Assembly (NCBI GenBank): GCA_035543015.1
Contig: DATKKG010000061.1
Span: forward strand, 2,065-66,064
Length of the DNA stretch: 64,000 bases
Reading direction: 5' to 3'
Origin: Conexivisphaerales archaeon
Lineage (GTDB): Archaea; Thermoproteota; Nitrososphaeria; Conexivisphaerales; DTJL01
Part shown: positions 26,663 to 35,284 of the stretch, piece by piece
Layout of the letters: every line of letters starts with the position of its first letter
Position numbering within the stretch: the first letter of the stretch is position 1
Notes under the pieces: generated by a model
The model's input: only the letters and a program-made list of their open reading frames with translations
Databases searched by the model: none
Told to the model about the DNA's origin: nothing
Program-made: the position numbers and the translations under genes

Positions 26663-26933
26663 AGATGGCTGGAAGCCAGACCCATACGTTCTAGCCAGAC
26701 TGGTTGACACGCTCTCTAGGAATGGCCCGATGAAGAGGACCAACCTTCAGATGAGCGCCAGACTGAATTACTCGGCTCTGACCAGATATGTCGATTGGAT
26801 GTCTCAGCATAGCTTGGTTGGAATCAATGAGGATGAAGGTTCCCAGATGGTAGTTCTTACTCAGAAAGGGAAGGACGCACAAGAAGCATTCGTCAAGTGG
26901 CTCGCCAAGGTGTTCGACAGCTACACTTTCTGA
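26655..26933 (+). CDS. small winged-helix DNA-binding protein (HTH_45-like)
   Basis: 92 aa. GPMKRTNLQMSARLNYSALTRYVDWMSQHSLV. Clear paralogue of ORF 63144..63425. 8-nt overlap with the upstream gene. Confidence 0.7.
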   Translation: MSEDGWKPDPYVLARLVDTLSRNGPMKRTNLQMSARLNYSALTRYVDWMSQHSLVGINEDEGSQMVVLTQKGKDAQEAFVKWLAKVFDSYTF

Positions 26934-27198
26934 CATCGGCTTCCAGCTCGATAGAATGATTCAACGGAGATCGTCCTAGATTAGTCTCCTTAGGCCTGGA
27001 ACACGGGAGCAAGACAGGTAGTTCTTGAAATGGGAAAATGATCGAATCGGGAAAACCACCTAGCGCCACTACGAAGTTCACGTGTCACAGATGCGTATCC
27101 GCAGTGCGCATCTAAGCTACCGAACCCCTAATTATCGCGACGAATCTCTCAAGCGCCACTCAGAGCAAATCTGAGGCCACAACTGAAGGCAGGAAGAA

Positions 27199-27498
27199 AT
27201 GACGAAAGATAAAGAGTTTGAGAATAGGGTCACCAAGTGCTTCGATATCAGCCTGGACCGACTTGGAACGGGTGTCAGGGACGTCGTTTACAGGTACTTG
27301 AAACTCACCAGTGGGATAGAACGTACTGCTATTGTGGACAATCCAGACGAGTTCATGAGGGCTCTTACGGAGATTTTCGGAATGGGTGCGCACTACATAG
27401 AGAGAATGGCCACAGAAGCAATCGAAGAAGAGTTCGACCTCGGTCCTACCCCCAGAGATCTCGTGAATGCGGTGCCCAAGGCAAAAGCTGAGAGATAA
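27199..27498 (+). CDS. hypothetical small protein
   Basis: 99 aa ORF, helical, acidic. Confidence 0.5.
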   Translation: MTKDKEFENRVTKCFDISLDRLGTGVRDVVYRYLKLTSGIERTAIVDNPDEFMRALTEIFGMGAHYIERMATEAIEEEFDLGPTPRDLVNAVPKAKAER

Positions 27499-27912
27499 TC
27501 CTATCCAGCACTCACGAATCAACTAACCCAGATCGACCTTATGATTCCAAAATCCAGAGGGAAGAATGTATCGCAACCCAAGGGTTGAACTAGGTGGCGC
27601 TTCCGCCCCACCGCCAAACAGCATGGACAAGAAGCTGAAGGGGAATGAAACGCTAGGTGGTTCTGTTGCGTTGACGGTTGACGGGACAAGATCACGGCGC
27701 TGTAAGGTTTCTGTTGATGTATCCGAAGTATACACTCCGCTGACGGCTTCTTGGACAACAGACTGTTGACATACTCTTTGATATTTATTACACGATCTAT
27801 GTTAAGCTACGCCTTCGACTGGCAAACTCGCTCTGTCCGAGCAATCAACCGAAACTTGGCATTACCCAGACTCTGCTCAATCAACCGACGATTGACCAGG
27901 ACCTAGGAGAGC

Positions 27913-28584
27913 TTATCCGAGAGAAAGCTCGTCGCCCTCGGGATAACGCTGTTCGTATTGAAGCCCCTTGAGGTATTCGTTAAGCTTGTCCTTCGTGTCG
28001 TGTTCGACCTTCCGCACTACTTCTTTCTCGGCCAACGAGTCGACGTAGGGGGGAACCCGATACGCCTTCTTCGTCTTTGTGTTGACCAAGACGTAGGGCT
28101 TGTATGGGTACTCCTCTTCTTGACCGAGGTCCACATAATGAATCATAAGATGCGAGAAGCGGGAGATGTTCTCCGCAACCTTGACCATGTCATCTACGGA
28201 CATGACCCTTTCCCTGTTCTCTAAGAGGTATTTGCCAAGGATGACAGCCAACAACTCAACCGCCCCAAAGGACACTACAGTCTGAAGCTGTAGCAAGTTC
28301 ATCTGAATCAGAGAGCCTAACAGGTATAGTACTGCGAATCCCAGCGCGATCACCCAAGCGTATAGCCAGAGTACCCTTATGGCTTCCTTCGTTGTCGGTT
28401 TGAAATGCTTCCACCGATAATAGAAATATCCATAAACGACTTCTGCGACTGAAAGCCTCCTGTGCTCTACTTCTGGCAGCCTTTGTGACCCATTAGTGGG
28501 TTCGCGCATGGCTCTTAAGAATGTTGAAAAGAACGGCTCTAGGAAGTCTTCGGTTGACTGACCGAAAACCCTACACGTTATCAA
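27913..28584 (-). CDS. membrane protein with cytoplasmic C-terminal domain, unknown function
   Basis: 223 aa with two central hydrophobic segments. TTG start. Confidence 0.55.
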   Translation of the reverse strand: MITCRVFGQSTEDFLEPFFSTFLRAMREPTNGSQRLPEVEHRRLSVAEVVYGYFYYRWKHFKPTTKEAIRVLWLYAWVIALGFAVLYLLGSLIQMNLLQLQTVVSFGAVELLAVILGKYLLENRERVMSVDDMVKVAENISRFSHLMIHYVDLGQEEEYPYKPYVLVNTKTKKAYRVPPYVDSLAEKEVVRKVEHDTKDKLNEYLKGLQYEQRYPEGDELSLG

Positions 28585-28756
28585 CCGACAACTTCCCAGA
28601 GCCCAGAGGCCAGTCGGTTATAAGCTCAGCAAAGCAGTAAGACGTGTACCGGAAGCAAGAAGATGTCAAGCCCGAGACAGTCGAAGTGCCGGTGAAAGTC
28701 TTGGAGGGGATCTTGGAAGAGCTGGACAAACTGAGGAAAGAGATCCGAGGTTCGTC

Positions 28757-30079
28757 CTAGCTCGCCGTTTCCCTCTTCCGGTCCCGTTTCGTTAGAAGCT
28801 CTGCTACCTGGGCTTGAAGGCCCTCGAGTCTTCTGTCCCATGCCTCCTCCTTCATTCTCGTCTTCTCCTCAAGCTCTTTCCTTTCGAGCTCCATCTTCTT
28901 GCGTTCGCTCGCGATCTGCTCTTCCATGCGCTGCTGAAGGGTCGGATTGGGATTCATCCCGAGTGGGGCCGAACATGTGCCGCAATATGCCATGGATGGC
29001 GGATTCTGAGAGTGACATCTAGGACAAAGTATCATCTGTGGCCTCGGCTTCTCGGCTTCCTGCCCCATGTAGAGCCGCTTGGTCATCGCCGTAAGGTCGT
29101 TCTGGGCCAGGTGTACGTAGGTGCTCGGCATCGTGGAGTTGTCGGACCAGCCGTACTTCTTCCTCAACCCCTCTTCGTTCATCCCCAGGCGCGCGTCCCG
29201 CGTCGCGGCGGAATGGCGGAAAAGATGATGGTACACGTCCCGCTTCCTGACGCCGGCTCTGTCGGCCAGCTTCTTCAGGTCCTTCCGGGACGCATAATAT
29301 CCCCATGCCTCGCCATACCCGTTGTTGCTCTGGTTGACGAAGAGAGGAGCGTTAGGGTCCTCCTTCGCCGGATGAAATTCAAGCCAAGCGGCGACGTAGG
29401 CCGCTGAAGTGCAAAGGTATAGGTTTCTGGGGTCGGTCTTCGACTCCGGGATCATGCAGAACATGTCATTGTCGACGAAGCTGATGTCACCCACTCGCAG
29501 CTTGAGGAGCTCTCCGATGCGAGGCCCGATTTCGTAGCTGAGGGCGACGTAGGCTTTCATCATCGGTCTTGTTGCGGCCCTGATCATACGAGTTACCTCC
29601 TCGTCCGTGAATAGGTCCGTGGGCACGACCCTCTTGTTTCGCTTGATGGTCGTGGAGAGCATCTCCACTTCGGGTGGGAAGATGTGCCTCCTCTGCCATT
29701 TCGCGTATTCTTCACGGGGGGCCCTCAGCCATTGGAAGTAGGATTTCAGGACCTGGACATAGTCCCGTTTCGTGCTGTCCCTGCAATCCTCCAAGGTCTT
29801 GGAGTTCTTCATGGAGTAGATCCATGAGGCGAGCTCGACGATCGTGTCCGAGTCGGCAGCTTCGAACGACGTTCGACTGGAGTGGAGGTGAATGGCCATC
29901 TGCTCAAGGTGATAGCCGTACTTGGTGACGCGCCCGAGGTTGAGGTTTCGCGCGATCAGCAGGTTCAGGAAGGCCAGTATTTCGGTCCTGTCCCTCTGAT
30001 CGATCGCTGCTCTGCCTATGTTCCTCCTGCACACCTCCAGTCGTCGTCCATAGCCGTGAATGTCGTGGGACATGGTCAT
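28757..30079 (-). CDS. tyrosine recombinase/integrase with C-terminal zinc ribbon and coiled-coil tail
   Basis: 440 aa. Catalytic-region motifs LFRHSAATRDARLG and STYVHLAQ. CPRCHS..CGTCSAP ribbon followed by an E/K-rich heptad-like tail. Confidence 0.9.
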   Translation of the reverse strand: MTMSHDIHGYGRRLEVCRRNIGRAAIDQRDRTEILAFLNLLIARNLNLGRVTKYGYHLEQMAIHLHSSRTSFEAADSDTIVELASWIYSMKNSKTLEDCRDSTKRDYVQVLKSYFQWLRAPREEYAKWQRRHIFPPEVEMLSTTIKRNKRVVPTDLFTDEEVTRMIRAATRPMMKAYVALSYEIGPRIGELLKLRVGDISFVDNDMFCMIPESKTDPRNLYLCTSAAYVAAWLEFHPAKEDPNAPLFVNQSNNGYGEAWGYYASRKDLKKLADRAGVRKRDVYHHLFRHSAATRDARLGMNEEGLRKKYGWSDNSTMPSTYVHLAQNDLTAMTKRLYMGQEAEKPRPQMILCPRCHSQNPPSMAYCGTCSAPLGMNPNPTLQQRMEEQIASERKKMELERKELEEKTRMKEEAWDRRLEGLQAQVAELLTKRDRKRETAS

Positions 30080-30341
30080 GGCCGGGCAGGCCTCCTTTCG
30101 ACCCTGACATGAATTCTCCCGGTCTCAGGCCAGCGGAAATCGCTTGAGAGGGTTGCCGACTCATCACTCCATGGTCGACGATCCCCCATTGCAGATCGGA
30201 GTACCGCCTTGTTCGGGCGCGCTGTTTCTCTCCGCAGAGGCAGAGCCGTCCGTTTGGCGTGCCGGTGGGAACTGGCCATTACAGGCCAGATATGCGGGAG
30301 CTTAAAAGACACCGGACGGTGGCGCACCAGACTTGGAGTTA

Positions 30342-30419
30342 TGGTGCGAGGCGCGGGATTTGGACCCGCGTTGCCACCTTGGGAGGGTGACGTCCTAGAC
30401 TAGGCTAGACCAGCCTCGC
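30342..30419 (-). tRNA. tRNA-Gly (anticodon CCC), CCA encoded
   Basis: Hand-folded cloverleaf. Acceptor GCGAGGC/GCCTCGC. D stem GTCT/GGAC. Anticodon stem TCACC/GGTGG with loop CTCCCAA. T arm GCGGG-TCCAAAT-CCCGC. Discriminator A, then CCA. Confidence 0.9.
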
Positions 30420-30442
30420 CCAACGGAGCTATCTGTACGGCG

Positions 30443-30449
30443 TATTTTA
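30443..30449 (-). promoter_or_regulatory. TATA-like box (TAAAATA) for tRNA-Gly
   Basis: AT box about 24 nt upstream of the tRNA 5' end. Confidence 0.4.
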
Positions 30450-30908
30450 CCTTTCGTCCGGGCTCGAGGAGTCGTCGCGCGGCTCGTCAGCCTTCGGCAC
30501 CCCGGGTCTCCCCTTTCCCCCAGAGCCCATGCCGGACACCACCTGTTCGACGTACTCGAGCGTTATCACCCCGGAGTTGATCAAGTTCGTGAGGGCGTTC
30601 GCGGACGCTATCCCGGTGACCCTTCCCGACGTGCCCCTGATCTCCCTCCACCGCAGCTTGGTGTTGCCGCTCTTGGACTCGTATATGATGCCGAGGACGT
30701 CCCTGGCGTCGACGAAGCTTATCTCACGTATCTTCTTCAGGCTCGCCTTATCCGTGGCCTCTACGTATATGGCCCCCTGGCCGCTCTCCCGCTCGGGGAA
30801 GACGTCGGGGTCGTGGTAGTAGCTTTCAGGGATGTAGGAACGGCAGGTGCTGTAGATAAGGAACATCCTGAACCTTTCAAGTGTGGCTTCAATGTTAATC
30901 TCGACCAT
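30447..30908 (-). CDS. hypothetical protein
   Basis: 153 aa ORF with core-like GC content. No motif recognised. Gly/Pro/Asp-rich tail. Confidence 0.6.
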   Translation of the reverse strand: MVEINIEATLERFRMFLIYSTCRSYIPESYYHDPDVFPERESGQGAIYVEATDKASLKKIREISFVDARDVLGIIYESKSGNTKLRWREIRGTSGRVTGIASANALTNLINSGVITLEYVEQVVSGMGSGGKGRPGVPKADEPRDDSSSPDER

Positions 30909-30950
30909 GGATGTGCCACTTACAGCGCTTAAGCTAGGGGAGTCAAGTAA

Positions 30951-31751
30951 TTAATGGCTATGCCTTCGGGCCGGCCCCTCTCTTGGAGGCCCCGCGTCAG
31001 GAGCCTCCTGGTCCAGCCGAAAGACATCCAGCAGGGAGACCCCCGATTCGTCTATCTTCATGTTGATCTGCCAGCTCTCTACGCCCTTCTCTGCCGCCTC
31101 CTCGGCCGCGTCCGCTATCTTCGAGTTCGAGCTGTCCCTGGGAGGTCGCCTGAAGGGGGGCGCGTCGTAGAGGTAGCAGAGGGCTATCAGGGCCCTCCTC
31201 CCTCCTCCAACGTAGGCGGACAGCTCCGAGAAGTGGCGTATCAGCCTGTCGAAGGAGTCGAACTTCGAGTGGCCCACCGTCGGTCCCCCTCTGGAATCGA
31301 GCGTGATGAGAGGCGTCTTGATCTCCAGGAGGGAGTCGCCGACCTTGAAGTCTATCCTGGAGTGGCCAATTCTGACTTCTCTGCACACCTCCCCGGAGGC
31401 CATCGAAGAGAGCTGTCCATTTGCCAGGAAGTGGTGCACGTACCGGTTGGCGGCCGTCTGGTTGATGCCGATCCAGTCTCCGCCTCGGCCTGCGGAGGCA
31501 CCGGGGGACACCGCCTCCACGGTGTACGCCGTCTTCCTCCCCTTTCCCGTCCCCCGCGAAAGGAGGCAGCGCAGGCCTTCCACCTTCAGGTCCCCGATGC
31601 GACCGGTGGTGGGGCAGTGGCACCTATACGTCCGGCCCCCCGTCCTGACCATCATCACGAACCTGTTCGGCCTTGAGACTACGACCCCTTCTCGGAGCCT
31701 GGGGTAGAACCTGAGCCTGGTGCCGTCATGACTTTCCGCCCGGGCCACCAC
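30951..31751 (-). CDS. sfsA: SfsA-family protein (sugar fermentation stimulation protein homologue)
   Basis: 266 aa. VVSRPNRFVMMV...YRCHCPTTGRIGDL is the family-typical N-terminal block. Confidence 0.85.
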   Translation of the reverse strand: MVARAESHDGTRLRFYPRLREGVVVSRPNRFVMMVRTGGRTYRCHCPTTGRIGDLKVEGLRCLLSRGTGKGRKTAYTVEAVSPGASAGRGGDWIGINQTAANRYVHHFLANGQLSSMASGEVCREVRIGHSRIDFKVGDSLLEIKTPLITLDSRGGPTVGHSKFDSFDRLIRHFSELSAYVGGGRRALIALCYLYDAPPFRRPPRDSSNSKIADAAEEAAEKGVESWQINMKIDESGVSLLDVFRLDQEAPDAGPPREGPARRHSH

Positions 31752-31844
31752 GTCTTCCGGGACGGGCCGCCAGTATCTAAGGCTCTCCGGTCAAGCGGCG
31801 GGCGGCGGGATATCGTTAATAGGCGACGCGGCCGGTCTTGCAGA

Positions 31845-31905
31845 CGGCGATGAAGACTCTAGCCCATGCGACTTCGGGATGAGCTGGATCTTGAGTTCTG
31901 AGCCG
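31845..31905 (+). ncRNA. candidate box C/D sRNA
   Basis: 61 nt in a 310-nt spacer. Terminal stem CGGC/GCCG brackets GAUGA (31849-53) and CUGA (31898-901). Internal GGGAUGA (31876-82). The D' box is degenerate and the C'-D spacer is 15 nt, longer than the typical 12. Confidence 0.3.
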
Positions 31906-32061
31906 ACCACGTCAGAGCGCCCCACCGGGAGGAATCGCTGAGACCTGCCTCTCCAGAGGGACCGGTCGAGAGGCATCTGAGCTACTGACCTTTTCGACGG
32001 TGACAGAGATTAAAAGTTCTTAAGGGCAAAAATTGCCACCACTATCAGAGGTTAATTACCG

Positions 32062-33657
32062 TTGGAGCTGGAAGGTCCCAAGCCGCCCAGGCAGCTCATG
32101 TCGAAGACCAAGAGCATCTGCCCGGAATGCAACAGGATAATCCAGGCAGACATATTCGAGAGGGACGGCAAGGTCTTCATCTCCAAGGAGTGCCCCGAGC
32201 ACGGGTCCTACGAGGACCTGTACTTCGGAGACTACGACATGTACATGCGCTTCTCCAGGTACGCCAAGGACGGCAGGGGGATAGCGAATCCCGAGATCAA
32301 GGCCCAGGGAATCAACTGCCCCGCGGGGTGCGGCCTCTGCTCCAACCACCTCAGCCACACGGCCCTCGGGAACATCGTCGTGACCAACCGCTGCGACCTG
32401 AACTGCTGGTACTGCTTCTTCTACGCCGAGAAGGCCGGCTACATCTACGAGCCCTCCCTGGACCAGATTCGAGCGATGGTGAAGAAGATGAGGGGGGAGG
32501 AGCCCATCGGGGGTGCGGCGATACAGCTTACCGGGGGCGAGCCGACCCTTCGCGAGGACCTCGTCGACATAGTAACGATCTGCCACGAGGAAGGGATCGA
32601 GCACGTCCAGCTCAACACCGACGGCATCAACCTCGCGAAGGACCCCACCCTGGCCCAGCGGGTGAGGGACGCCGGGGTGAACACGGTCTACCTGAGCTTC
32701 GACGGGGTGACGCCCAAGACCAACCCCAAGAACTTCTGGGAGATACCGGCCGTCCTGAGGAACTGCAGGGCCGCATCCCTGGGCCTAGTGCTGGTTCCCA
32801 CCGTGATCAGGGGCATGAACGACTACGAGGTGGGTGACATGATAAGGTACGGGTTCAAGAACAGGGACGTCGTGAGGGCGGTCAACTTCCAGCCCGTGTC
32901 GCTCGTCGGAAGGCTCACGAGGCAGGACCTGGCCAAGCTGAGGATCACGATCCCCGACGTCATCAAGCGCGTCGAGGAGCAGACGGACGGCGTCATCTGC
33001 AAGGACGATTGGTTCCCCGTTCCGTCATCCCTGCCGTTCTCCACGTTCGTCGAAGCCTGGGTAGGGACGCCCCAGTACGAGCTGACGACCCACTTTGCGT
33101 GCGGCGCGGCCACGTACATATTCGAGAAGGACGGAAAGATGGTGCCCCTGACGCGGTTCATCGACATACCCGGGCTCCTAGAGTTCCTGAATCTGGAGTC
33201 GGACGCCTTGAATCAGGGAAGGTCCAAGCTGGTGGCCGGCGCCAAGCTCCTCCTGCGGCTCAGGAAGTTCATCGACTCGGACAAGGCCCCCGAGGGAATG
33301 AAGCTGGGCGACATCCTCTACGACTCCATCGTGAAGCACGACTACACTTCGCTTGGGGAGTTCCACAAGCGCTCCCTGTTCCTGGGCATGATGCACTTCA
33401 TGGACAAGTACAACCACGACGAGGAGAGGGTGCGCCGCTGCGACGTTCACTACATGACTCCCGACGGCCGCATCATACCGTTCTGCAGCTTCAACGTGAT
33501 CCCGGAGTGGTACAGGGATGCCATCCAGAAGAAGTACTCCATCCCGATAGAGGACTGGGAGAAGCGCACCGGCAAGACCCTCAAGGAAGGGTACTACAAG
33601 CGGGGACCGGTCCCCGCCGGGAACGACCAGAACCTCCTGACGGCCTCGACGGCATAG
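32062..33657 (+). CDS. large radical-SAM protein with N-terminal zinc ribbon (tetraether-lipid-synthase-like architecture, tentative)
   Basis: 531 aa. CPECNR...CPEHG ribbon, CPAGCGLCSNH, and radical-SAM triad CDLNCWYC. Confidence 0.85.
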   Translation: MELEGPKPPRQLMSKTKSICPECNRIIQADIFERDGKVFISKECPEHGSYEDLYFGDYDMYMRFSRYAKDGRGIANPEIKAQGINCPAGCGLCSNHLSHTALGNIVVTNRCDLNCWYCFFYAEKAGYIYEPSLDQIRAMVKKMRGEEPIGGAAIQLTGGEPTLREDLVDIVTICHEEGIEHVQLNTDGINLAKDPTLAQRVRDAGVNTVYLSFDGVTPKTNPKNFWEIPAVLRNCRAASLGLVLVPTVIRGMNDYEVGDMIRYGFKNRDVVRAVNFQPVSLVGRLTRQDLAKLRITIPDVIKRVEEQTDGVICKDDWFPVPSSLPFSTFVEAWVGTPQYELTTHFACGAATYIFEKDGKMVPLTRFIDIPGLLEFLNLESDALNQGRSKLVAGAKLLLRLRKFIDSDKAPEGMKLGDILYDSIVKHDYTSLGEFHKRSLFLGMMHFMDKYNHDEERVRRCDVHYMTPDGRIIPFCSFNVIPEWYRDAIQKKYSIPIEDWEKRTGKTLKEGYYKRGPVPAGNDQNLLTASTA

Positions 33658-33772
33658 GAGAAGGGCACTTTCAAAAGCGGCAGATCGATGAATGCATGAA
33701 TACTTTCATTCTGCTCCACATAGATAATCCACTGCAAACCATGATAAGTGTTATAACCTGTAAAACTGTGTT

Positions 33773-34927
33773 GTGACGTGGATGGGCTCGTCTGTCTTCA
33801 AGGAGGAGTACAAGCTCCTTCCGGACCACCTGCCCGAGAAGATACCCCACCGTGAAGGCGAGCTCGCGCAACTCAGGAGGATGTACTCCTCCTTGCTCTC
33901 CCCCGTCCCCACCCCCGCCACCTCCTTCCTGCTGGGTCCGGTGGGCACGGGCAAGACGATGCTGGCCAGGAAGCTCTGCGGCGGCCTGGAGGAGGACGGC
34001 AGGAGGAACGGCTTCATTGTCAAGGCGATCACGGTGAACTGCAGGATAGACAAGGGACCGTCGTCCGTGCTCAACCGGATGGTGGAGTCCCTCGGCCTCA
34101 CCTTCCCAAAGAGGGGCTACGAAGTGCAGGAGACCCTGCGATTCCTCATGGACGAGCTCCTTCAGATGAAGGCCAGGCTGCTCCTAGTGCTGGACGAAGT
34201 CGACAGCCTCGTGTCGGCCAGCGGAGCTGCCTTCCTCTACACCCTCGCGAGGATAAACGAAACGGTGAGCTCGCCAGTGCTCTCCCTCCTGATGATTTCG
34301 AAGGACCTGAGGTTCTTCTGGGAGGTGGACGCCAGCACCCGCAGCTCCCTGCAGAAGGCGGTCGTCAAGCTGTCCCCTTACACTGCGGACCAGCTCCTGG
34401 CGATAGTCCTGAGCAGGAGCGAAGAGGCCCTCAACCCCGGGGTGCTGGGGGAGGACACGGCCCGCCTGATAGCCGGGACGGCGGCCGACTCTGGCGACGC
34501 CAGGTACGCCATCGAGCTCCTCTACAGGTCCGCCAAGATGGCCGACTACAACGGCGCGGAAAGGGTCAGGGCGGCCGACGTGCAGGAGGCCAGGAACAGC
34601 CTCCCGCCCCAGGTCAGCCTCGAGGAGCTGAACTACCTGAGCCGCCATGAGCGGATAGTCCTCCTGGCCGCCGCGCGCCTGCTGAGGCCCGCCGACAAGG
34701 CGTTCGTGTCCACCGGGGAGCTGGAGGCCGAGTACGGCACGATCTGCTCTTCGATGAGCCTGAAGCCCCGCCGCCACACCATGATCTGGATGTCGATACA
34801 GAACCTGAAGGCCAGGGGCTTCTTCGTCGCGTCGCAGTCCGGGAAGGGCAGGAGGGGGCGGACGACGCTCATAGGCCTGAACATCTCCCCGCAGGAGGTC
34901 ATCAGGACGTGCTCGGGGGAGGAGTAG
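33773..34927 (+). CDS. cdc6: Orc1/Cdc6 replication initiator
   Basis: 384 aa. Walker A GPVGTGKT, LVLDEVD, and a C-terminal winged helix. The start may be the ATG at 33782. Confidence 0.92.
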   Translation: MTWMGSSVFKEEYKLLPDHLPEKIPHREGELAQLRRMYSSLLSPVPTPATSFLLGPVGTGKTMLARKLCGGLEEDGRRNGFIVKAITVNCRIDKGPSSVLNRMVESLGLTFPKRGYEVQETLRFLMDELLQMKARLLLVLDEVDSLVSASGAAFLYTLARINETVSSPVLSLLMISKDLRFFWEVDASTRSSLQKAVVKLSPYTADQLLAIVLSRSEEALNPGVLGEDTARLIAGTAADSGDARYAIELLYRSAKMADYNGAERVRAADVQEARNSLPPQVSLEELNYLSRHERIVLLAAARLLRPADKAFVSTGELEAEYGTICSSMSLKPRRHTMIWMSIQNLKARGFFVASQSGKGRRGRTTLIGLNISPQEVIRTCSGEE

Positions 34928-34928
34928 G

Positions 34929-35228
34929 TTGGAGCAGCTGAGGCTGGAGGATGTCCTGGGGGCGGCCGGAAAGGTGAAGGTCCTCCTCCTTCTCATCGGC
35001 CAGGAGGAGATGAACATCTCTCAGATCGTCAAGCTTTCGGGGTTGGAGCACTCCTCCGTGCAGAAGCACCTGAAGTCGCTGTGCGACCAGCACCTGGTCA
35101 GGGAGAAGAGGTACGGCAGGATCAGGATATTCGCCCTGGAGGAGAAGAACCCCTACGTGGCGCTGCTGAAGAGGTTCTTCGCCGACTGGAGGAGGCTGGG
35201 CGAAGGCCAGGCGGCCGGATACGCCTGA
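34929..35228 (+). CDS. ArsR-type winged-helix transcription regulator
   Basis: 99 aa. NISQIVKLSGLEHSSVQKHLKSLCDQHLV is the HTH. TTG start 2 nt after the cdc6 stop. Confidence 0.75.
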   Translation: MEQLRLEDVLGAAGKVKVLLLLIGQEEMNISQIVKLSGLEHSSVQKHLKSLCDQHLVREKRYGRIRIFALEEKNPYVALLKRFFADWRRLGEGQAAGYA

Positions 35229-35284
35229 AGGGACAACGATAGCGTTTTAACCGGTGGAATGGATATCGGATGCAGTGAACACCC

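Larger units (their letters stand above)
23513..30355. mobile_element. integrated element (~6.8 kb) in tRNA-Gly(CCC), with tyrosine integrase
   Basis: Bounded by the 14-nt direct repeat. The integrase lies next to the tRNA. The interval is visibly AT-richer than its flanks and is filled with orphan genes. Confidence 0.75.

Noticed and set aside
28644-28760. 38-aa plus-strand ORF convergent with the integrase, considered as an excisionase
   Set aside because: It is too short, has no HTH-like pattern, and starts at a GTG with no supporting signal.
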